From assembly GCA_035524495.1 (NCBI GenBank), contig DATKOR010000045.1, positions 2,862 through 66,861 of the forward strand: a DNA stretch of 64,000 nucleotides. Reading direction: 5' to 3'. The stretch comes from Steroidobacteraceae bacterium. Its GTDB lineage: Bacteria; Pseudomonadota; Gammaproteobacteria; Steroidobacterales; Steroidobacteraceae. Below are positions 8,813 to 16,096 of this stretch, one piece after another. The notes beneath the pieces were generated by a model. It did not search any database. It saw only the letters and a program-made list of their open reading frames with translations, and was not told the origin of the DNA. A program made the position numbers and the translations under genes. Position 1 is the stretch's first letter. Each line of letters starts with the position of its first letter.

Positions 8813-11341
8813 ATGAACGCGTCAGGTTTGATCGATACTCTTCGGACTCAGTCGCTGCGCGTGACGCGCGGCCGGGTGACGGCGCTCGCGGTCCTCGCGG
8901 CCAGCGTGCTGCTCGCCGGCTGCGGCGCCGGCAGCGTCCAGACGGCCGCCAACCCGGTGGCACCGCCGACGACCAACGGTCAGAGCTACAACGGCCCGGC
9001 ACCGGCGAGCGCCGACGTCCAGGCCTTCGTCGTCAACTTCTGGAACAACGTCAAGGCAACCGACCGCTGCGGCGCGTGCCACATCCAGGGCAACCAGAGC
9101 CCGATGTTCGCCCGCAACGACGACGTCAACCTCGCCTACCAGGCGGCGCAGACCGTCGTTGACCTGACGAATCCGGCCAACTCGATCATCGTCGGCAAGG
9201 TCGGCGGCGGCCACCACTGCTGGCTCGCCAGCAACCAGGCGTGCGCCGACACGATGACGACCTGGATCAAGAACTGGGCCGGCGTCACGATGGGCAGCTC
9301 GAAGGCGACGATCCAGCTCGTCGCGCCGACGCTGATGGACGCCGGCGGCTCGCGCACGTTCCCGGCGAGCTCGACGCTCTTCGCGCAGACCGTCTATCCG
9401 CTGCTGACGCAGTACTGCTCGCGCTGCCATTCGCCGAGCGCCGCGACGGCCCAGTCGCCGTACTTCGCGCAGGCCGACGTCGACGCCGCCTACGCGGCCG
9501 CGCAGCCGAAGATGAACCTCGACACGCCGACGCTGTCGCGCTTCTACGTCCGGCTGCACGACGAGTTTCACAACTGCTGGGGCGGCGACTGTGCCGCGGC
9601 CTCGGCGCAGATGCTGGCCGCGATCCAGGCCTTCGCGAACCAGGTGCCGGTCACGCAGGTCGACCCGAACTGGTTGCTGTCGAAGGCGCTGACGATGTAC
9701 GACGGCGTCGTCGACAACGGCGGCACGCGTGTCGAGACCGGCCTGATCGCCAAGTTCGAGTTCAAGACCGGCACCGGCACGATCGCCTACGACACGAGCG
9801 GCGTCGAGCCAGCGCTGAACCTCGACATGTCCGGCGACGTGACCTGGGTCGGTGGCTGGGGCGTGCAGGTGCAGAACAAGGGCAAGCTGCAGGGCACGAC
9901 TACCGGCAGCGCCAAGCTGCACGACATGATCCTGACCACCGGCGAGTACAGCGTCGAGGCGTGGGTCGCGCCGGCCAACGTGACGCAGACGATGGCCTAC
10001 ATCGTCTCGTACTCGGGCGGCACGACGCAGCGTAACTTCACGCTCGGCCAGACGATGTACAACTACGACGCGTTCCTGCGCAGCACCACGACCAATGCCA
10101 ACGGCCAGCCGGAATTCTCGACTCCGTCGGCGCAGCAGGTCCTGCAGGCGACGCTGCAGCACGTCGTGATGACCTACGACCCGGTCAACGGTCGCCAGAT
10201 CTACGTCAACGGCCAGCTGGTCGCGACCGGTGACCCGCAGAAGGGCGGCTCGCTGTCGCAGTGGGACAACACCTTCGCGCTGGTGCTCGGCAACGAGGTC
10301 TCGTCCGACCGGCCGTTCTCTGGCCTGCTGAAGATGGTCGCGATCTACAACCGCGCGATGCCGGCTGCCGACGTGCAGTCGAACTTCGCCGCCGGCGTCG
10401 GCGAGCGGTACTACCTGCTCTTCAACGTGGACAAGTTCACCGGCCTCAACCAGACCTACGTGATGTTCGAGGTGTCCGAGTACGACAGCTACTCGTACCT
10501 CTTCAACAAGCCGGTGTTCCTGAGCCTCGATCCGACCGTCAACTACAGCGGCCTCGTGGTCAAGGGCATGCGCATCGGCATCAACGGCATGGAAGCGCCG
10601 GTCGGCCAGGCGTACGCACCGCTGAACACGACGGTCAGCGGCCAGGGCTTCGACCCGACCACGAGTCCGCTCTCGGCCGTGGCGCTGTCGAGCGTCGGCA
10701 CGACGATCGCGCTGCAGAAGGGTCCGTCCTACGACCAGTTCTTCCTGACCTTCGAGCAGCTCGGCACGGCGACCAACGTGCACACCGACGCCACGCCGAT
10801 CGCGCCGATCCCGACGGACTCGCCGCGGCCGGCCGATGTCGGCGTGCGCACCTTCGAGCAGATCAACACGTCGCTGTCGACGATGACGACGGTGCCGAAG
10901 ACCAACGCGGCGGCCAGCGCGCTCTACCATAGCCTGCAGCAGTCGCTGCCGGCCACGCCGTCCTTCGTCGGCTTCGTGTCCTCGCACCAGACGGCGATCG
11001 CCCAGCTGTCGATCCAGTACTGCGACGCGCTGGTGCGGGATCCGAACCTGAGCGCGGCGTACTTCCCAGGCTTGAACTTCGGTGCGGCGCCGGCTGCGGC
11101 CTACGACACCAACGGGCGCAACGCACTGATCACGCCGCTGATCGACCACATGCTCAGCGCCAACTCGGCGGCGGGCAAGTTCCTCGCCAGCCAGCCGACC
11201 GCGGCTTCAGTGAGGACGGAGCTCAATGCGCTGATCGACAAGCTGTCGGCATCGGTGTCCGCGGATACGACCGGTACCGCGACCATTGCCAAGGCGGCCT
11301 GTGCGGCCGTCGCCGGCAGCTCCGCGATGCTGGTGCAGTAA
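8813..11341 (+). CDS. Lipoprotein with two tandem CxxCH modules, a LamG/concanavalin-like domain and a long C-terminal domain
   Basis: 842 aa. GAGGGAG ribosome-binding site and lipobox LLAGC. CGACH (nt 9068-9082) and CSRCH (nt 9416-9430). LamG-type blocks: HVVMTYDPVNGRQIYVNGQLV and FALVLGNE…FSGLLKMVAIYNRAMPAADV. Confidence 0.8.
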   Translation: MNASGLIDTLRTQSLRVTRGRVTALAVLAASVLLAGCGAGSVQTAANPVAPPTTNGQSYNGPAPASADVQAFVVNFWNNVKATDRCGACHIQGNQSPMFARNDDVNLAYQAAQTVVDLTNPANSIIVGKVGGGHHCWLASNQACADTMTTWIKNWAGVTMGSSKATIQLVAPTLMDAGGSRTFPASSTLFAQTVYPLLTQYCSRCHSPSAATAQSPYFAQADVDAAYAAAQPKMNLDTPTLSRFYVRLHDEFHNCWGGDCAAASAQMLAAIQAFANQVPVTQVDPNWLLSKALTMYDGVVDNGGTRVETGLIAKFEFKTGTGTIAYDTSGVEPALNLDMSGDVTWVGGWGVQVQNKGKLQGTTTGSAKLHDMILTTGEYSVEAWVAPANVTQTMAYIVSYSGGTTQRNFTLGQTMYNYDAFLRSTTTNANGQPEFSTPSAQQVLQATLQHVVMTYDPVNGRQIYVNGQLVATGDPQKGGSLSQWDNTFALVLGNEVSSDRPFSGLLKMVAIYNRAMPAADVQSNFAAGVGERYYLLFNVDKFTGLNQTYVMFEVSEYDSYSYLFNKPVFLSLDPTVNYSGLVVKGMRIGINGMEAPVGQAYAPLNTTVSGQGFDPTTSPLSAVALSSVGTTIALQKGPSYDQFFLTFEQLGTATNVHTDATPIAPIPTDSPRPADVGVRTFEQINTSLSTMTTVPKTNAAASALYHSLQQSLPATPSFVGFVSSHQTAIAQLSIQYCDALVRDPNLSAAYFPGLNFGAAPAAAYDTNGRNALITPLIDHMLSANSAAGKFLASQPTAASVRTELNALIDKLSASVSADTTGTATIAKAACAAVAGSSAMLVQ

Positions 11342-11363
11342 CGGAACCATCGAGGCAACTATC

Positions 11364-12977
11364 ATGATCATCCGGAACAAACCGCCGCGGACTCTGAAGC
11401 TCGACGAGCCGATCCTTCACCGCGAGGCGCACAAGCGGCCGGTCACCCGGCGCGACTTCATCGCCCAGGGCCTGATGACCGGCTCGGCGACCGTGATCGC
11501 GCCGGCCGCGCTCGGTCTGCTGCTCAACCCGCGTCGCGCGATGGCGCTCGACTCGGACATCCTGGCGCAGAAGATCGCGTGCGGCATCACCGGCGGCGCC
11601 GGCAAGATCCCGTTCATCTGCTTCGACCTCAACGGCGGCGGCAACATCGCCGGCTCGAACGTGCTGGTCGGGGGTACCGGTGGTCAGCAGGACTTCCTGA
11701 CGACCGCGGCCTACGCCAAGATGGGCTTGCCGGGCAGCATGGTCCCGAACGCGTCGGCGACGGGCAACTTCATCGAGAACCGCCTCGGCCTCCTGTTCCA
11801 CTCCGACAGCGCGCACGTGCGCGGCATTCTCGAGCGCACCGCGCCGTCGACACAGGCGTTCACGAACGGCGTCGTGCTGCCGGCCCTGTCGAACAACGAT
11901 ACCAACACCAACCCGCACAACCCGATGTACGGCATCGCCAAGGTCGGTGCCAAGGGTGAACTGCTGACGCTGATCGGCTCGCAGGCCTCGACCTCGGGCG
12001 GCAATTCGATGGCGCCGCTATCGATGGTCGACCCGACGCTGACGCCGACGGTCGTCAATCAGGCGAGCAACGTCACCGGCCTCGTCGATACGGGCGTCCT
12101 CGGGCAGCTGTTCTCGAACCCGGCCGACGCGGTCTCGGTGCTCGAGTCGATGTCGCGGATCAGCGGCCAGAAGTTCGGCAACGTCTCGACGCAGCTCGCC
12201 ACCGACGCGTCGGTCAAGGCGGCAGCCAACTGCAACTACGTGAAGTCCGCCTACCTCGCCGAGAACTTCTCGAGCCCGGCGGCGTTGAACCCGGACCTCG
12301 ATCCGGTGATCGTCGACCAGAGCTCGACCCGCGGCACTGGCATCTTCAGCCAGGCCGAGTACCAGGGCGACAACGAGTTCCAGAAGACGGCGGCGATCAT
12401 GAAGATGGTCGTCAACGGCTATGCCGGCGCTGGCACGATCTCGATGGGCGGCTTCGACTACCACGGCCAGGGCCGCTCCACCGGCGAGCTGCGCGACCTG
12501 CGCGCGGGCCGCTGCATCGGTGCGTGCCTCGAGTACGCGGCGCGGATGCAGAAGCCGCTGATGATCTACGTGTTCAGCGACGGCGGCATCTCGGCCAACG
12601 GCCAGGTCGACACCTCGGTCGACGGCCGCAACAAGTTCATGTGGAGCAGCGACAACGAGTCGGTCGCCTCGACCTACTTCCTCGTCTACAACCCGACCGG
12701 GCGCCCGCAGCTGCTCGACGGCGCCGGCGGCCTGCCGGCGGCCCGCCACCAGCAGATCGGCGCCTTCACGCCGGACGGCTCGGTGAACGCGGCCTCGAGC
12801 CCGGCGGCCAGCAACGTGCTGCTGCTCGTTCAGACGGTGCTGCTCAACTACATGGCGCTGCACGGCCAGCAGGCGCAGTTCCCGCAGCTGTTCCCGGACC
12901 AGGCGCTCGGCAGCGGGTCGGCGCTCGATGCGCTGACGGCGTTCGCGCCGATCGTCAACGGCAAGATCGGCGGCTAA
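11364..12977 (+). CDS. Tat-exported DUF1501/DUF1552-like protein (alkaline-phosphatase/sulfatase-fold-like)
   Basis: Trimmed to MIIRNKPP…, 537 aa. Twin-arginine motif TRRDFIAQGL. Motifs FICFDLNGGGNIAGSNV and ISMGGFDYHGQG resemble the DUF1501 signatures (…GG.DG.N…, GGWDTH). Confidence 0.75.
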   Translation: MIIRNKPPRTLKLDEPILHREAHKRPVTRRDFIAQGLMTGSATVIAPAALGLLLNPRRAMALDSDILAQKIACGITGGAGKIPFICFDLNGGGNIAGSNVLVGGTGGQQDFLTTAAYAKMGLPGSMVPNASATGNFIENRLGLLFHSDSAHVRGILERTAPSTQAFTNGVVLPALSNNDTNTNPHNPMYGIAKVGAKGELLTLIGSQASTSGGNSMAPLSMVDPTLTPTVVNQASNVTGLVDTGVLGQLFSNPADAVSVLESMSRISGQKFGNVSTQLATDASVKAAANCNYVKSAYLAENFSSPAALNPDLDPVIVDQSSTRGTGIFSQAEYQGDNEFQKTAAIMKMVVNGYAGAGTISMGGFDYHGQGRSTGELRDLRAGRCIGACLEYAARMQKPLMIYVFSDGGISANGQVDTSVDGRNKFMWSSDNESVASTYFLVYNPTGRPQLLDGAGGLPAARHQQIGAFTPDGSVNAASSPAASNVLLLVQTVLLNYMALHGQQAQFPQLFPDQALGSGSALDALTAFAPIVNGKIGG

Positions 12978-13051
12978 CCCCGCGCGGCCCGGGCCGGCAC
13001 CGGATGGCCGGCACGGCTGCGCGCTTTCGCCGCTTCCGGCATGCTGTGCCC

Positions 13052-14416
13052 ATGCCAGGCCCGGGCCTCCTGGAGCTTCTGCAATGCCCGCGCTGCCGTC
13101 GCGCGGCGCTCGCCGCCACCGGTGCGCGCCTCGCGTGCGGCACCTGCAGGCTCGAGTTCCCGACGCTCGGGTCGATCCCCTGGCTGTTCGCGCAGCCTGA
13201 CGCGACGCTCGGCGAGTGGCGCAACCGCCTGACGCTCTACCTCGAAGAATTCTCCGCCGCCGAGCGCGCGGCCGCGGCCGACCTCGCGAGCGCGACGCGG
13301 CCCGCGACCCGCGCGCGGCTGCAGCGGCTCGGCGCGGCGTATCGCGAGCAGGGCGAGCGCGTGCGTGCGCTGCTCGCGCCGCTGCGCGTCGCGCCCGGCC
13401 CGCTCGCGCAGGCCACGCAGGTCGCGCTCGGTACGCATGTGCCGCTGACCCAGGACCTGCACTCCTACTATGCGAACCTGCATCGCGACTGGTGCTGGGG
13501 CGAGGAGGAGAACGCCGCGGCACTCGCCGAGGTCGGGACGGCACTCGGGGACGGCCGGGAGCGCGTCCTCGTGCTGGGTGCCGGCGGCGGCCGCCTCGCC
13601 TACGACCTGCACCAGGCGAGCCGCCGGCCGCTCACGGTCGCGCTCGACATCAACCCGCTGCTGCTGCTGGTCGCCGAGCGGGTCAGCCGGGGCGAGCGCG
13701 TCACGCTGTTTGAGTTCCCGATCGCACCGCGCACCGAGGCCGACGTCGCGCTGCCCCGCGAGCTCGCGGCGCCGGCGCCCGCACGTGCGGGCCTCGAGTT
13801 CGTGTTCGCCGACGCGTGGCGGGCGCCATTCGCGCCGCAGAGCTTCGATGCGGTGGTCACGCCGTGGCTCATCGACATCGTCGACCTGGACTTCGAATCG
13901 GTGGCGCTCGCGGTGAACCGGCTGCTGGTTCCGGGCGGGCGCTGGGTCAACTTCGGCTCGCTCGCGTTCCCGTGGCGCCGTCCGGAACGCCGCTACGGAC
14001 CGGACGAGGTGCGCGCGATCGTCACCGACGCGGGGTTTGAAGTCGGCCTGCAGCGCGATGCGACGCTGCCCTACATGCGCTCGCCCGCGAGCCGCCACGG
14101 ACGGCTCGAGACCGTGGCGCTGTTCGCCGCCGACAAGCGCCGCCGTGGCCCGCGCGATCCAGCCGAGGACGCTGGCCCACCCTGGCTCGCCGACACGACG
14201 CTCGCCGTGCCAAGGACCGAGGCGCTCGCGCTCGCCGCCGATGCCAGCCGCATACAGGCGGTGCTGCTCGCGCTGGTCGACGGGCAGCGCTCCGTCGACG
14301 ACCTGGTTCGCATCGTGAGCGAGCAGGGCTTGCTGCCGGCACCGCAAGCGCTGAGCGCGGTGCGCGGCCTGCTCGAGCGCCTGCATCGCACCGGCGCGAG
14401 GCTCGATCACACGTGA
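13052..14416 (+). CDS. Zn-ribbon (Trm112-like) / class I SAM-dependent methyltransferase / C-terminal PqqD-like domain fusion
   Basis: Trimmed to MPGPGLLELLQCPRCRR…CGTC (4-Cys ribbon), 454 aa. SAM motif I: VLVLGAGGGRLAYDL. Post-I/II motifs: ALDINP…, VVTPWLIDIV, LLVPGGRWVNFG (N2227-like layout). C-terminus AVLLALVDGQRSVDDLVRIVSEQG…LLERL resembles PqqD/RRE winged helix. Confidence 0.75.
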   Translation: MPGPGLLELLQCPRCRRAALAATGARLACGTCRLEFPTLGSIPWLFAQPDATLGEWRNRLTLYLEEFSAAERAAAADLASATRPATRARLQRLGAAYREQGERVRALLAPLRVAPGPLAQATQVALGTHVPLTQDLHSYYANLHRDWCWGEEENAAALAEVGTALGDGRERVLVLGAGGGRLAYDLHQASRRPLTVALDINPLLLLVAERVSRGERVTLFEFPIAPRTEADVALPRELAAPAPARAGLEFVFADAWRAPFAPQSFDAVVTPWLIDIVDLDFESVALAVNRLLVPGGRWVNFGSLAFPWRRPERRYGPDEVRAIVTDAGFEVGLQRDATLPYMRSPASRHGRLETVALFAADKRRRGPRDPAEDAGPPWLADTTLAVPRTEALALAADASRIQAVLLALVDGQRSVDDLVRIVSEQGLLPAPQALSAVRGLLERLHRTGARLDHT

Positions 14417-14741
14417 CGCGCCTCACGCCGCAAGCCGCGCGGTGCGCCGCGGCCTGTCGCTATCCGGCGACTCGATTTGGGCCCAAACCGCGGTCCAGCG
14501 TTTTTGTGAAGCGTCCAACACTCTGCGTCGAAGCTGCGCGTTGACACTGTGGGGCCTGCGTGCGAGCTTTACAGAATCTGCCAAGGGCAAACTCGTCGCG
14601 AGGCGAGGACGCAAAGCTACCGGTCCGTGACAACGCGGATAGCGGGGTTGCCGCGGGTGGCCGTGTCCGTTTTGCGGCGGCCTGCGCGACGCTCGCCAAC
14701 GGTCGCTCGCGACGCGGGCGCGCTGCCCTCGGCTCGGTGAC

Positions 14742-15317
14742 ATGGAGTTCGTGGCGACGGTGGTGCGGCGGCTCGCTCTATTGAACGTCCGGGTGCGGCG
14801 CAGTGCGGCGAGTGCCGCGCTGGCGATCGTGCTCGCCGGCGTTTCATCGTCGGCGCCGGCCGCCGACGCCGGTGCGCGCCACCCGTTGATCGGCAAGCCG
14901 GCACCGGAGATCGTGCAGCGCCTGTTCGCGGGACCGGGCCGGAACTTCCGCCTGTCCGAGCGCCGTGGTGAGGTCGTCGCGATCGGTTTCTGGACCAGCT
15001 GGTGCGGGTCGTGCCGCACGTATCTTGAGCGGCTCGCCAAGCTCGATGCGACCTACGGCCAGGCCGGTCTCGTCGTCGTCGGGATCAGCCTCGATGACGA
15101 TGCTGCAAGGGCCACGGCGCTCGCCCGCGCGGTCGGCACCAAGTTTCGCACCGGCGTCGACACGGAAAAGTCCGCCGGCAAGCGCTTCGCGGTGCCGGAC
15201 GTGCCGCTGACGCTTTTGATTGACCGCAGCGGCGTCGTGCGCTACGCGCATGGCGAGCTCGACGCCGCGTCCGATGCCGATCTCGTCAAAGAGATTCGGC
15301 AGCTGCTCGACGAATAG
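14742..15317 (+). CDS. TlpA-like periplasmic thioredoxin (second copy)
   Basis: 191 aa with active site WTSWCGSCR and the VPLTLLIDRSG block. An alternative GTG start at 14793 gives a cleaner signal peptide (VRRSAASAALAIVLAGVSSSAPA). Confidence 0.85.
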   Translation: MEFVATVVRRLALLNVRVRRSAASAALAIVLAGVSSSAPAADAGARHPLIGKPAPEIVQRLFAGPGRNFRLSERRGEVVAIGFWTSWCGSCRTYLERLAKLDATYGQAGLVVVGISLDDDAARATALARAVGTKFRTGVDTEKSAGKRFAVPDVPLTLLIDRSGVVRYAHGELDAASDADLVKEIRQLLDE

Positions 15318-15463
15318 GAACACCCGGAGTACGCGATGGACAGTCCACGTATAGCGCTCGCGATGCTCGACTGCGGCAGGGGTTCGCGACGCCGTGGTGC
15401 CCGGCGCAAGGCCTTGGCACTGCCGCGCTGGCTGTTGTGGATCACCGGAGCGCGCTCGCGCGC

Positions 15464-16096
15464 ATGACCAGAAAGGCCCGGACGATGCTCACCTACACCC
15501 GATTCTCCCAGTGGCTGCGTGCCCTCGCGGCCTGCAGCGTGCTCGCGCTCGGTGCGCCGGCGTACGCCGCCGACTCCGCGCCAGCGGCGGCGCCGGCGGC
15601 CGCTGCCGCGACGGAGCCCGCGGCCGCGCCGGCGACGACCGGCGGCGACTTCAAGAGCCTCGATGGCGAGGTGCAGGGTCTCAAGAAGGAGGTGCTGGAC
15701 CTCAACCGCGACCTCTTCATGCTCGAGGAAGAGCTGCTGTTCCCGGCAAACACCCAGGTCGCGGTGTTCCTGTCGCTCGACGTCGGCACGTTCTTCGAGC
15801 TCGACTCGGTGCAGATCAAGCTCGACAACAAGGAGGTCGCGAACTACCTGTACACGGATCGCGAGGTCGAGGCGCTCAACCGCGGCGGCGTGCACCGGGT
15901 ATTCATCGGCAACCTCAAGACCGGCAAGCACGAGCTCGTGGCGTTCTTCACCGGCAAGGGACCGCACGAGCGCGACTACAAGCGCGGCGCCAACATGACC
16001 TTCGAGAAGGGCGTGGGCGCGAAGTACCTCGAGCTCAAGATCTCCGACCGCCAGAGCGCCCAGCAGCCCGAGTTCAAGGTCAAGGAGTGGGAGTGA
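15464..16096 (+). CDS. Secreted coiled-coil protein of unknown function (first gene of the TPR/ExbBD/TonB operon)
   Basis: About 210 aa from MTRKARTMLTYTRF…. Signal peptide …VLALGAPAYA, Ala/Pro-rich linker, heptad-like segment LDGEVQGLKKEVLDLNRDLFMLEEEL, then a beta-rich C-terminal domain. Its stop overlaps the next gene's GTG. Confidence 0.7.
   Translation: MTRKARTMLTYTRFSQWLRALAACSVLALGAPAYAADSAPAAAPAAAAATEPAAAPATTGGDFKSLDGEVQGLKKEVLDLNRDLFMLEEELLFPANTQVAVFLSLDVGTFFELDSVQIKLDNKEVANYLYTDREVEALNRGGVHRVFIGNLKTGKHELVAFFTGKGPHERDYKRGANMTFEKGVGAKYLELKISDRQSAQQPEFKVKEWE

Noticed and set aside
8822-11149. 775-aa minus-strand ORF. Similar long antisense ORFs occur at 17952-19706, 19866-21437, 21179-22546, 27593-29179, 29385-31160, 33412-35388, 46662-48797, 49419-51020, 51019-52494 and 58327-59982.
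   Set aside because: All lie opposite genes with clear family signatures. All have Arg/Gly/Ala/Pro-biased, low-complexity translations. None has signal peptides, motifs or sensible starts.
14442-14784. Small ORFs (62-79 aa) downstream of the methyltransferase-PqqD-like fusion. I considered them as possible RiPP precursor peptides.
   Set aside because: They have no ribosome-binding sites and overlap each other in different frames. Their composition is Arg-rich, and none shows a leader/core pattern or Cys/Ser/Thr-rich core. No support beyond position.
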